The notes: generated by a model from the sequence alone, not told the origin. A DNA stretch of 64,000 bases from Octopus sinensis (GCF_006345805.1 NC_042999.1:92070001-92134000), one strand, 5' to 3'. Shown: positions 11,170-24,519, counted from the first letter of the stretch. Program-made: numbers and translations.

Positions 11170-14100
11170 TGGGTAGTGGGTAGCGATTTTCTTCACTACT
11201 TCAGGGAGTGACGACCCTGCCTGACACGAGTTCCGGGCTCAGCTGCCTCCGGCTGAGAGTACCCGGTATGGGTTACGGAAAGGAGACAACCTTCAAAGAA
11301 TTCCGGAGTGGAGCCCGAAGGCGGTTTAGTGTTCGACTCGACACTGCACCCCAAGCTGGAGCCAAACGTAATGCTCTGCACTCCTTTGGACTACTTCAGC
11401 AAGGTCGAGAGAGCAATATGATATAATCCTGACGATTGAGCTACCCTGGATTTTCTTAGTTCCAGTCCAGGCCTGCGAAAAACTAAAAACGACATTTCAG
11501 TGCTGCTGAAAAAATGACAGAAAAAGCACGGGAGGTAGCAGTCACGAGTGATATGTTCATTCAGATTGGCGTAAGATATGGGCGCTACGGGTTACCTTTG
11601 ACGGTGGGAGGGACCCCCGTACCCCATAGGTTAGCTACTGCCCACCTCAAGCTGTCAATAAGTTGCTGACCAGCCACAGGCCGACTGCTTCATTGAGTGC
11701 TTGGAGCTAAGAGTTTGACTTGAAAAACGGCCTGAAACCTCTGCACCAGGCAAACAACTAAAAGACAAGAAACCACCAGTCCTGCGGTTAGCAAGCTGAA
11801 ATGTCAGGACCATGTGCCCAGGCATATCTGATGACCTACTCAAGGCTGAAGACACAAGAAAGACGGCCATCATTGACCGTGAACTAAAGAGGCTGAACAT
11901 GAACATTGCTGGACTGCAGGAGACAAGACTCCCCCCAAACGGCAAACTCAAAGAACAGGATTTCACCTTCTTTTGGCAGGGAAGCGATCCAGAAGAACCT
12001 TGTCAGCATGGTGTTGGCTTTGCAGAGAAAAGCCCATTACTCTCCTCAATTGAACCGCCATCAGGAGGCACTGAGCGTATCCTCTCACTGCGCTTCTCGA
12101 CCTCATCTGGCTCAGTATATCTACTGAGCATCTATGCTCCCACTCTCTACAGCTCAGAGGGAACCAAAGACCAGTTCTACAAAGATCTCAGCTGTGTCAT
12201 TAGAAACATACCAACCGATGAAAACATCTACCTTCTAGGAGATTTTAACGCTCGCGTGGGATCTGACCATGACTCGTGGCCTATTTGTGTTGGACAATTT
12301 GGTATAACCAACATGAATGGCAATGGTCAGAGACTACTTGAATTTTGCACATACCATAACCTGTGCATTTTCAACACATTCTTTGCCAACAAGCCATCCC
12401 ACAAGGCATCTTGGAGATATCCAAGATCTCACCACTGGCATCAGTTGGATCTCATCATTACACGAAGATCCTTTCTAAATTCTGTTCAACTGACCCGTAG
12501 TTACCACAGCGCGGATTGTGACACAGATCATTCACTAATAAGAAGCAGGGTGAGGATTCTGCCTAAAAAAGTCCATCACTCCAAGCAAATGGGCCGACCA
12601 CGCATTAACACTGCCAGAACCTTGGACCCTACACTGCGAAAATGTTTTGCTGTTTCTATGAAGGTTGCCCTCAGTAGCTGCCCAACCTCCTCTGCTAAAA
12701 GTAAGAAGAATTATATCTGGGAAGCTTTGTATACCACATCAATAGATACATTCTGCATGAGAGAAAGGCAAAACCCAGATTGGTTCAGTGCTGGACTCTC
12801 AGAGCTGGAACCAGTTATTGAAGCAAAGCGCGCAGCTCTGATGCAATACAAGAGTGATTCTTCTACAAAGTCACTTGAAGAACTCAGAAAGGCAAGAAAT
12901 AAAACCCAGCTGACTGCCAGACGCTGTGCAAATAAGTATTAGCAGGAAATCTGTCAGAGTATCCAGTCAGCTGCTGACAGTGGCGACAGCCGTGGGATGT
13001 ATACCGGTTTGAAGAAAGTCCTCGGTCCATCCGCAACCAAGTCAGCCCCTCTGAAATCAACTACTGGAGATCTCATCAAGGAACAAAGCAAGCAAATAGA
13101 TAGATGGGTGGAATACTATCAGGATCTCTACTCACGGGAGAACACGGTAACTGAGGCTGTAATCGAGGGTGTCAAAATCTTGCCAGTCATGTGCGAACTT
13201 GACAGTCTGCCATCTATAGCAGAGCTCACCAAGGCTAATGAATCCCTAGCCAATAACAAGGCTCCGGGAAAAGACCCTCAGAGATCATCCCCTCAGAAAT
13301 CATCAAAGCCGGCAAAAACACCGTCCTGCTTCGGCACCTTCATGAGCTTCCGTGCCAGTGCTGGGAAGAGGGTACAGTCCCTCAGGATATGCGGGATGCT
13401 AACATCATTACGCTTTACAAAAAGAAAAAGATGACCGTGGTGATTGTAACAATTACCGTGGAATATCTCTTCTATGCACTGTTGGAAAGACATTTGCTCG
13501 CGTTATCCTGTCCAGGCTACAACTGCTTGCTTCTCAAATTTATCCAGAATCGCAGTGTGGCTTTAGAAGAAGCAGATCAACTATTGACATAATATCCTCC
13601 ATACGCCATCTTCAGGAGAAGTCCAGAGGGCAGAAAATGCCATTATATATGGCCTTTGACTTGGTAAGTAGAAAAGTCCTCTTCATCCTGCTCCAAAAAA
13701 TCGGATGTCCACCAAAGCTGCTGAGGATCATCAAATTTTTCCATGATGATATACAAGGCACCATTCAGCATAATGGTTCAACATCAACCGCCTTCCAAAT
13801 AAAAAACAGGGTAAAGCAAGGTTGTGTCCTTGCTCCTACATTATTTGGCATCTTCTTCTCGCTGCTGCTGTCACATGCCTTTGAGACATCAGATGATGGA
13901 TGGAGTGTTTCTGCTCAGGAGAAGCGACAGGAAACTGTTCAATCTCTCGCATGTGCGTGCCAAGACCAAAATCAGAAGCATCCTGATCAAGGAGATGCTA
14001 TTTGCTGATGATGCCGCTCTGGTATCACACGTAGAAGAAGCCCTGCAAAGGCTCATTAACTGTTTTAGCAAGCATGTAGCGACTTTAGCTTAGTTATCAG

Positions 14101-14991
14101 CCTCGAGAAGACCAGCATCATGGGTCAGGCTACATCGGACATCCCAAACACATATTGGAGACCACAGACTACAGGAGGTGGAGAAGTTTCCCTATCTTGG
14201 CTCTACCGTCACCTACAACCTATCCCTTGATGCTGAGCCCAATATACGCATTGGCAAGGCAGCTGCTGTGAAGGCCCAATTCTCCAAACGCGCATGGGAC
14301 AACAATAAGCTGACCAAGACCACAAAAATGAAGACTTACCAGGCATGTGTACTTAGCACTCTACTGTATGGAAGTGAGACTTGGACGCCATACACACGCC
14401 AAGATCGTCACTTAAATAACTTTCACCTGCGCTGCATCCGGAAAATCCTTGGTATCAAATGGCAGAATCATGTCCTCAAGCAAGCAGGAATACCAAGCAT
14501 GTTTGCATTCCTCACACAAAGACGTATGAGATGGCTTGGACATGTTAGCCGTATGGAAGATGGCAGAATTCCCAAGGACATACTCTACGGAGAGCTTGCT
14601 AGGGGCATTAGCTCTGTAGGAAGACTATTCTTACGATACAAAGATGTTTGCAAAAGGGACATGAAGGCCTGCGACATAAATATTAACAGCTGGGAAGCAG
14701 TTGCCACCAACCGTGGAGATTGGCGACGTACTGTAAAAGAGGGAACATAGTGGAGTGACAGAAGGAGATAGGAGAAATGGAAAGACAGGAAAAGACGTCA
14801 ACAAGAAACTATGACATTACATCCAGTCAGGCAAAGTCTTAGCTACATTTGCGGCACCTGCCAGAAGGAATGTTTGTCCAGGATAAGACTACACAGCCAC
14901 AGCAGGAGATGTAATAGTACATAAAATGTAAAAGCCAGACTAGATAATTTTATGCGCAATTCCATTGTCTCCTGAGACAAAAAGGATGCCA

Positions 14992-15003
<12 letters not shown>
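11170..15003 (+). mobile_element. Near-full-length RTE LINE (5' UTR, APE endonuclease, RT, C-terminal Zn finger), inactivated
   Basis: IAGLQETR, YLLGDFNARVG, WHQLDLII (endonuclease); APGKD, YPESQCGFR, KQGCVLAPTLF, MLFADDAAL, YLGS, RWLGHVSRMEDGRIPKDILYGEL (RT); CGTCQKECLSRIRLHSHSRRC; ends in (CAA)n inside (TA)n. One TAG at 12940-12942 and several frameshifts from ~13.28 kb. Confidence 0.96.
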
Positions 15004-15025
<22 letters not shown>

Positions 15026-15040
15026 CATATTCTTTCATTT

Positions 15041-15445
15041 TTCTTTTATTCATTTATTTGTTAGTCATTTGAGGGCGGCCATACTAGAGTACCGCCTTTT
15101 TAGTCGAACAAATTGACCCCAGGACTTATTCTTTGTAATCCTAGTACTTATTCTACCGGTTTTTGCCGAACCGCTAAATTACAGGGACGTAAACACACCA
15201 ACATCGGTTGTCAGGCGATCATGCGGAGACACACCGACACATAAACATATTCATATACGCACCCACAAACACATATATATGTAAACGACGGGCTTCTTTC
15301 AGTTTCCGTCTACCAAATTCATTCACAAGGCTTTGGTCGGCCCGAGGCTATAGTAGAAGACACACCTCCAAGGTGCTACGCAGTGGGACTGAACCTGCAC
15401 CTATGTGGGTATATAGCTGGTAAGCAAGCTACTTACTACACAACC
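15041..15445 (-). mobile_element. Composite tRNA/CORE-like SINE with CR1-type 3' tail
   Basis: Head with GGTTCAGTCCCACTGCGTAGCACCTTGG, CORE-like block, middle module, tail GGCGGTACTCTAGTATGGCCGCCCTCAAATGACTAAC. Confidence 0.88.
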
Positions 15446-15474
15446 ACTCTTGCACCTATATATATAGTATATAT

Positions 15475-15544
<70 letters not shown>

Positions 15545-15606
15545 TCTATGTTTGTATATATATATATATGTATATATTAATAAATTTTAGGGTAGCAAAA
15601 ATTCTA

Positions 15607-15651
<45 letters not shown>

Positions 15652-15652
15652 G

Positions 15653-15684
<32 letters not shown>

Positions 15685-15685
15685 G

Positions 15686-15758
<73 letters not shown>

Positions 15759-15784
15759 GTATGCGTATATATGTATGTATGTAT

Positions 15785-16060
15785 ATGGTGGTTGTCTACT
15801 CCTTATGCACAGTCTGACGATCTCTTGTGCTTAAACCTTAGATTCATCATGGTGTCTGATCTAGCTTTGTAAACCAGACAATGTATCGGTAAGCAACTCA
15901 CATAGATTGCATATCTGATTGGGGCACCAAGATCTGCAGTTAAGTTCTGATCTTCGTGGAACTTGAAATGTCTTTTTAGGCCTCCGCTAGATTTGGAGGT
16001 GTGCACAAATATATAGGCAGAGTAGGTTGTGGAGATTCGTTTTTCATGGGTTCGCAAATG
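15785..16060 (-). mobile_element. RTE LINE 3' fragment (zinc-finger tail)
   Basis: SKSSGGLKRHFKFH matches the GGLKRH finger of the 8240-8670 copy. Confidence 0.65.
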
Positions 16061-16099
16061 AGATTTGAGCCCAGCAAAAGAAAAACGGGAACTATCATT

Positions 16100-16376
<277 letters not shown>

Positions 16377-17049
16377 GTTTTCTCCTAAAATTTATCAAAA
16401 TTTTATTTGAAAATTTTCGAAAAATCAACTTGAATCTCATTTTACCTGTCGAAAACGAAAATCGTATTCATGTTTTCGAAACAATTAATAATAAAGAAGC
16501 CAGAAGCCTTTACAGTTACGTATTTCTAGCCAATGAATTTTAGCTAGTATCCTCTCAGTAGAAGTCGAACTCGTTATCATTTCAATGTTATTGTATCGTT
16601 GTTTATCCATACTGTTGGTCGAAGGAAATGAAGACTAAGGCTACTACTAAGATCGATGTAAGCGACTAACTCAGAAATTTCAAGCCTTATACCTACATTA
16701 GGAAGGATCATGGTCTTATATTTCTTTTCTTGCATACATTTGCATCTCTTTTCAGCTTGACAAACTTCATTCGGTTTTTTGAATGATAGTCAACTATTTT
16801 ACACTAAATGAAAAACAAAAGAGTGTTTTTGGGAGAGAGCTGTTGTTCCCTATAACTTTGTGGAAAGGAGTTTACATCCTCTAAACCCTTTGTGTTCTTA
16901 CTGTATTCTATTGTGCTGTTGTGCTCGGAATGCATTTTCACCCAAAAGAGTAAACTGATGATTTATAATATCGACAGCTCTACGTCTTCCTTTCTTCTTC
17001 GTAGTTTTTGTTGAAATCCTATAGAGGTACACAAATGTGGATTATATTG

Positions 17050-17250
17050 GCTTCTAATTTTGGCACAAGGCCAGTAATTTCGGGGGAAGGTCAATAAGTC
17101 GATTAAATCGACTCCAGTGCTCAACTGGTACTTCTTTTATAGACTCCGAAAGGATGAAAGGCAGAGTCGACCTCATCGGAATTTGAACACAAATCCTAGT
17201 GATGAACGAAACACCGCTAAGCATTTTGTCTGGTGTGTTAATGAATGTGA
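17050..17250 (-). mobile_element. tRNA-derived SINE monomer; further copies at ~20800-20870, 25905-26035, 30810-30990, 31050-31200, 42200-42312, 56365-56560
   Basis: Recurring (plus-strand) GAAAGGATGAAAGGCAAAGTCGACCTCGGCGGAATTTGAAC block and GGCACAAGGCC tail. Confidence 0.85.
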
Positions 17251-17820
17251 ATTACAAATGTAAATTATATTGGAATACACTTCATATATTTGAAACACTC
17301 TAAATTACATTCCCAAAAAATAAACAAAAACATATATGATAAGGTTAGTTTTCAATAATAAACTACAGGCGTGCCTTATCTTTTCTTCCTCTCTTCTCCT
17401 ATAGTAACCACAATGATTTCTGCTTCTCCGTCTAAACCAGCAAAACTAATGCATTCATGCCTAGAAATTATCCATGTTAAGCTCTAAATTAATCTGCTGA
17501 AGTCATAAGCTATTAAAGAACGAACATTAAGAAAAATAAAATAGTTTAAAACGGATATGATTACTTTCTGTTATATAGGAAACTTTTCAGTTGAATTATT
17601 TAAATACCTATTTTCCATTAATGAAAGTTAGCATAGCTAGTTCTCCTACATTGACTTCTTAATGTTTCCAATCAGTTAATTCCAACAAATTGCGACGGAA
17701 GCTGTAATGAGAAATGTTAATTTGGTTTTACAGTGATTTACTGTCAAAAGGGCAATAGATGAACAATTACTGATCTTCGTGAAATATATAATTAGGCTCA
17801 TCGTTGAAATAAGTTTGCAG

Positions 17821-18657
17821 TAGAGTCTACATAACACTGGCATCCTACACTAACTTCTTGTTCTACTTTAAAGAGATATCAATATGTATCAGGAAATTGA
17901 TCTTTGTCCGAAAACAGAATCGATAATAATTAATCTAGGAACAAAGTTTACTGTTAACTGCTCAATTATACTGGTAAATTGTTGCGTTCGGTTGAATATC
18001 ATATCTTGGAAGTTTCATTTTTGTTTAATTTATTAACTGAAATCGTTTATAACTATTGCAGCCGTGGCATAAAAAGTGGAGCAGAAATTAAACTAAGGTA
18101 ATTTAGTAGGTTTAAGCATGAGTAATGTAACAAACATTGACAGGCTTGATTTGCTGAATCGTTTGAACGTGGAAAATATACCTCGTAGTATTTGTTCAAA
18201 CTCTTTGTGTTTTATGTTCAAATACCACAGTGGTCTACTTTGCGCTTCATCTCTCAAGGGTCAATCAAATGAAGTATTAGTGAAGTACTGAAATCAATGT
18301 AATTCCCTGTGTGCCTAAATTAGAAATAACTATTTCCGTAAGCTCGAGGGAGAAAAATTCTGAACGTATTTTGGTCATCTTATTACCACAGCACAAAAGC
18401 GGTGAGCTGGCAAAATCGTCAGAACGTCGAAAATGTAGCTTTGTGATGTATATCCCAGCTCTTTTCATTATGATCTGAATTCCTGCTGATATCAACTTTG
18501 CTTACCATGCTTTCGGGGTCGATGAAATAAAGCGCCAGTCTAAAATTTGGGTTTGGTGATATCAACTTATCCGCTTAGAGTCTATATAACACTGGCATCC
18601 TACACTAACTTCTTATTCTACTTTAAAGTAATATCAATATGTATGAGGAAATTGATC
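17821..18657. repeat. 82-bp direct repeat pair (17821-17902 and 18576-18657)
   Basis: TAGAGTCTA(C/T)ATAACACTGGCATCCTACACTAACTTCTT...GGAAATTGATC; 5 differences counted by eye. Confidence 0.92.
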
Positions 18658-18899
18658 AAAACCCTCATTACTACATCAATGAAGCTTATATTTTCACCGA
18701 AGTAATGATGGCAGGATTAGTACGCAAGTAGAAACTTTCTACAGAGTGAGCGGACAACAGGAGAAATATTCAAGAGGAGAAGTCCCCTCAAGCAAATGTT
18801 TTGGCTCATTAGTTCCCAGCACTTTGTGGAAGATGAGCCCACATAGATCATGATTCCTAGGTGTCCACCAGCTATATTCAAAGTCCTGCCTTTAGCGGG

Positions 18900-19690
18900 C
18901 ATTTAACCCAGAACTTTCGAATGGTCTTATTTCCCTGAAGGGTGGTGTATACCACTCAGCCACTAAGACCAGGAAAAGAACTTGCTATTCTCTGTTTAGC
19001 GGTTTGTAGTATTCTATTTCAGCTCCAGCTTTTCTCTGCTGTTTGTGTCAGGTGTTTAATCGTCATTTTTGTGGTCATTGATTCCGTGCCGGCAAACGAC
19101 GGCTGTAACAAACTCTCGTGCACCAACTCGTACTGCCTGTGCCGGGCAACGGTACCCCGCTTTTGTCATCTCTTCTAATACTTCATTCTTTCTGCCGGAG
19201 TTGTTCTACTTGGCTCTCCTAAGAGACCGTCAGCTCGACCAAAATTTTCTTTAGCTTCTGCTGTGACATCTAAGACTGTCCGTTGCCAGTATTCAGCACA
19301 GGCTATACTGATCTGACCATTCTGTCTTTGGGAGGTTCTAAAATCACTCGCCTCCTCTGCTTTGTAAAGTTGACATAAGTGGCAGCTTCAGTTTTGCCTG
19401 TTAGCATTATAGAGTTACATTAGATAGTACAAGCAGTAGACAAAGCTATTTCCTGATGAATTTGTTAATCTTTACTCCTATAGTTCTATAGGCTCGCTGT
19501 AGTTTCATATATAAGTAGTAGCTACAACACTGGCATAACCATATGTTGCTCTTCCTCAGCATTCGACAACGGTCAATCTTCTTGAGGCATTCTTCTGTTG
19601 TTTGAGCGGACTTTTTCACCATTCCCCCAGACTCTTCATGAGCTGATAATGTGCTGTACTTACTGAAGTAATGATCATGCAAGAGTCGAA
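18900..19690 (-). mobile_element. HERO-like (REL endonuclease) non-LTR retrotransposon remnant
   Basis: EECLKKIDRC...NIWLCQ...KINKFIRK, AKLKLPLMS, DRMVRSV.PVLNTG, KKILVELTVS*E, AVRVGARGFV; these resemble the HERO LVELTVPWE and VEVG.RGF motifs. Confidence 0.7.
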
Positions 19691-19699
19691 CAGACGATT

Positions 19700-20330
19700 G
19701 GCATCGTTGAGAGAATAACTTAGAATATGAGAACTAATGTACCAATCTTGGATAAATAATCAGTTTAAAGGATAAAAATCGGACCAAATAAATTGAACGA
19801 CGAATGTAATTAAGCTGAGCAGCGTTTCGTAAATTGAATCACATCGTGAGCAATAACATGTTTATGTCACCACAGCATCGCCTGTTCTGGCATTGTTATT
19901 CTATATAACGCCGGCCAATAGATACGCTTGCGATGCTTCATCAACAAAGAAAAGGTGGAAGCTACAATGAAGGAGTTCTTCGCCTCGAAACACAAGAACG
20001 ATTATCAGTGTGAAATTAAAGGCCAGTCCTTTAATTTCACGCTGATACCCGTTCTTGTGTTTCGAGAAGAACTCCTTCACTGGAGTTTCTACCTTTTCTT
20101 TGTTGAAGAAGCATCGCGATATATAGGAAAACAGTCTCAGAACAGGCGATGCTGTGGTGATTTAGGCAATTTATTGCTCATGATGTGATTCAATTTACCA
20201 ACCGCTGCCAATCCTAATTGTATTCGTCGTTCAATTTCTGTGGTCTGATTTTTATCCATTAAACTGATTATTTATTCAAGATTGGTGTATTGGTTCACTT
20301 GCTCAACTAATTCATCACGTATTTGTACAT
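19700..20330. repeat. Diverged fold-back inverted duplication (~310-bp arms, 5-nt loop at 20023-20027) of an RTE + mariner junction
   Basis: Centre ATCAGTGTGAAATTAAAGG-CCAGT-CCTTTAATTTCACGCTGAT; both arms contain mariner-like FINKEKVEATMKEFFASK and RTE-like LG*IISLKDKN..IERR..AAF.KLNHI. Confidence 0.9.
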
Positions 20331-20339
20331 TTCCAGCTA

Positions 20340-20759
20340 TGTCCTCAACCAGTGTATGCTGCCTACCAATACATATGTATCAGAAACATGGACTACGAAC
20401 AAGAGTATTGAAAAAAAATTGCGATCAACACAAAGAGCCATGAAAGGGAGAATGCTAAAGATTAAGAAATGGACAAATGCAGAAACTGTAGGATAAAAGT
20501 GGCAAACGGTTTAGCGGGTATTATCTGTAAAATAAATATTCTGAAATGGTCATTCGCGAGATATCTATTTAGAAGAAAGGATAATAGATGGAATAGCATA
20601 CAAAGTGGACACCACATCCAGAAAAAAAGAAGGATGGTGGGGACTATGCAGAAATTGGAATGAAGACTTTGTTAAATTCTTCGGCGTCCAAACATGGATG
20701 AGGAAAACATCAGGCCGTGGTTGGTGGAGAGATGCTGAGGCGCCTTCGTCCAACATGTG

Positions 20760-20760
<1 letters not shown>
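20340..20760 (+). mobile_element. RTE LINE 3' fragment (a second RTE family)
   Basis: VLNQCMLPTNTYVSETWT, KLRSTQRAM, KWSFARYLFRRKDNRW, RNWNEDFVKF...WWRDAEA. Confidence 0.85.
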
Positions 20761-20791
<31 letters not shown>

Positions 20792-20989
20792 CCGAGGTCA
20801 ACTAAGCCATTGATTCTTCCGGAATCGATAAAATAAAGTATCAATCGAGTACTGAAGTCGATGTGATGGATCATGCTCCCGACCTCCCCGCAAATTTCAG
20901 ACCTTATATCAAATGTGGAAATAAACATTACCACCAAAAGAATTTTTTTAAATACTCCTAAAATTACAATTGCTCCATCTGCATTCCCT

Positions 20990-21311
20990 CTCCTCCTCCT
21001 CCTCCTCCTCATCATCATCATCATCATCATCATCATCGTCGTCGTCGTCGTCGTCAGCATCACCATAATCATGATCCTCATTGCCACCATCATCTTTATC
21101 AACTTTATCATCATCATCTTTATCATCGCCGAGGTAACCTGTGCTTGATCGCTCGATTTGTAAGAAATAACAGACGGATCTTCAAATCGCACTCAACAAA
21201 TTTAAGACAAGAAGAACATATTGAAGAATGCGATGACGGAATGACAATGGCTAAAAGACGTTTCGTCATAAATTTGCTTGATCAAGACTTACCGGTGGTT
21301 AAACCAACCCC

Positions 21312-21347
<36 letters not shown>

Positions 21348-21420
21348 TATCATAATTATCATCATCATCATCATCATCATCATCATTGTCATCATCATCC
21401 TCATTAACATAGTCATCATG
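20990..21420. repeat. (CCT)/(CAT)/(CGT) trinucleotide microsatellite cluster
   Basis: Directly visible; explains the poly-I, poly-M and poly-D ORFs. Confidence 0.95.
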
Positions 21421-22456
21421 AACACTACAACAATCACAATCATCACTGTCTTTATCATTTTCTAAAGTAAACACAAAAGAGGGATCTGATAGAACCGGTA
21501 AGAACTGAACGCGCAAAGCCTAAATAAGAAGAGAAGCAGTCAATACTAAAGGAAAGAGCTGAAGAAATCGAAAGATATTAAGAAACAAACAAATAACAAA
21601 TATTCTTCAGAATCAAGAACGAAACGTCATTAATATTGGTCTTTTTACTTTCTTGCGCCTTCGATTCGTATAATCATTTAAAACTTTCAATAAAGAAACA
21701 GTTCATATTTTGAACGTGATTTGTACAAGCCTTGAAGTAAGGATTTGCGTGATGAATGGATCCATAATGGTATCTTGCAAGTTCTTCTAATAAATAGAAA
21801 ACTGAGAAATTTTGTAAATATAAAATATGGCTAATGTATATTTATCTTATACACTGTTGTTGCAATAATAATATATTATCTGGTTACAGTTTGACAATAG
21901 TTTACACCTAAAGCATTCATGAAAACACATCTCCTCGTACACGGATATAGATGATGTACATACACAACCAGAATGAACTGAATGTGCACGTGTGCATGCT
22001 TGTGTGTACTTATATATACTAGTGTGTGTGTGTGTGTGTGTGAGTGTATGTGTGTGTGTGCGTTGCGTGCATGGTGTGATGTGCACCAGCTCACATTCTC
22101 ATGAAACATATAATGAAATATAATGAAATCTGAAATGTTGGCACTTGATATAATATTTTTGTATTGTATTGAACAACAGCACATATGATTAAATTATGTG
22201 CTATAATTATATTAAAGATTAATAAAATAATAACGCCACCTAAGGTCTTATTATTACAGGAAACGGAAGTAGATAAAAACCTCGTTATATGATGTTGAAG
22301 ATACACCGATAATATAATTTGTTCATATCAAAAAGATTTAAAGAATATTTTAACACTCTAGAGTATATATCACCGCACATACATACACACATACACGAAG
22401 ACGTAACAACAGACACACACATACATGTATGTATTCATTTATAAATCATAATATAT

Positions 22457-22490
<34 letters not shown>

Positions 22491-23177
22491 CTGTGAACAT
22501 ATGTGTATTGTATCGTATGAAAATTTTCTTTTCATCTGCTTCAGTAAAAAGGAACAGACAAATGATTTGTTTTCCACTTGCCCACAGCTGAAATCACATC
22601 AAATAAATCTACAATCGACGAACAGTTTTTAGAAAAATTGATTTCTGTTAAGGAAGCATATCTATCGCAAACTTCAGTCACCATCTACTTCTAAACGCGG
22701 CATCACCATAGAATTGAAATCTCAGACGATAAAATACATTTTGTATAAGTCTTATTTGTTATTTTTACCCTCAATGTTCATCCGGTGACAGCTTTCGTCC
22801 GTTAGAATCTTTTTTCCGTACTTTCATTGGTAAATTTCCTTTCGTCTCTGGATCATATTTCCTCTTGATCAAATGAAATAATTTCATTGTTCGCTATGAT
22901 GCGTTAAGAAGGAATTAGTTGGCAATCCGATACCGATGTTATTTTTCAATAAGCTATATCTCACAAACGTGAGATATCTCCCTCTTTTACATTGGTTGTA
23001 GTTTGCAGTTATCGATGTTTGTATTGATCAATATCCCAAAGAATGCCTTTTGTCGCTTAATGCAACATGTAGATCAAGATCTTGTTTAGAATAAGTACGA
23101 TAGTTGTAAAATATTGATTTCTTAAGACTTGACAGAATGAGAATTGGGTGTATCTTTCTAAGTAAGAATATACATAT

Positions 23178-23210
<33 letters not shown>

Positions 23211-23219
23211 TGACTGACT

Positions 23220-23251
<32 letters not shown>

Positions 23252-23276
23252 AACAGACAGTCAGACAGAGAATGAG

Positions 23277-23376
<100 letters not shown>

Positions 23377-24519
23377 TTAAATGCATAACAACATATAATT
23401 ATGAAATTGTTTATTAGGAAAAACTTTCAAAAGTTATGCAGTATGACTACCTACAACATAAATCCATTCAGTTCCCTAAAGCTAATATAGTAATATAAAT
23501 TTAGTTTATGGTTTGGAAACAACATAAGATACCTATATATTTCTTTTTACATATTTCTGACATATCCTTAAAATGTCCTTACTGCCTGTAACATTCTGCT
23601 TCTCATTGATACTAGAATGTCTGATTTATATAAACACCAAAAGATTTAGTTTGAACCTCTGTGCGGAATAAAAATTAAATTTTTTCCTGTGGTAACTCTT
23701 AATTTTTCACTCGAAATTATTTAAAAATTTTATGGCGTTCTCGTGGATAACTATTTCTCGATGCATCTTAAATTTTACGAGAACTATATGGTCCTGAGCT
23801 TAGCTCCAGATCAAGAACATGTACATAAAATTGGGAAAATATGGTACCGGGTAAAAGAGATAATGTTAGTAGCTCGAAAAAGTTATTTTATTTAGTTCTA
23901 GACTGATAAAATAACTTGTAGTTGAGAAGAGGTATTTCCTCTAGCAAAAGACTAGCAAAATTCAATGAGCATCAGTACCACTCAGTTACACAGTAGCTTT
24001 GGGTAGAAGGAGATCGAGACTAGTGAAGGATGGAGACACTTTTTGGGAATGGTGAAAAAGGAAAGTGAAAGGAAAATGGGGAACCCAGACAAAAGGCAAG
24101 CAAGCGGCTGATAGTCCCTCACGTTCAAATACACAATCTAATAGAATTTATGAAAACTATGGTAATCCGGAAGATGAGCCTTAGCCAACATGGTCTAATT
24201 CTGATGCTAAAATAATATGAATCAAATACTACACATATTTTTAAAATGACGTACTACGTATCCCTTAATCAGATGTAGATAAAATCTATTCAATCTGTTT
24301 ACGATAACATGGTGAGAAGTTACTTTCTAGAAGATGTGGAACCCTTCGAGACTGAAGTGAAGCTGAAACTGACCAAAATTAATTTTGAAACTCTCATTTC
24401 GTAGAAAGTGGTCTGAGCAGACGGTCAAAGGTGAAAGTCCTCATCATTAGATACAGGTGGAGTGTCGCGGTAAAGTGTACATATATATATAGTATATGTT
24501 TATATATATATAGGACTGC

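Noticed and set aside
20125-20760. Twin-priming 5' inversion of an RTE
   Set aside because: The inverted piece also contains the mariner fragment and mirrors 19700-20022, so a fold-back duplication explains it more simply.
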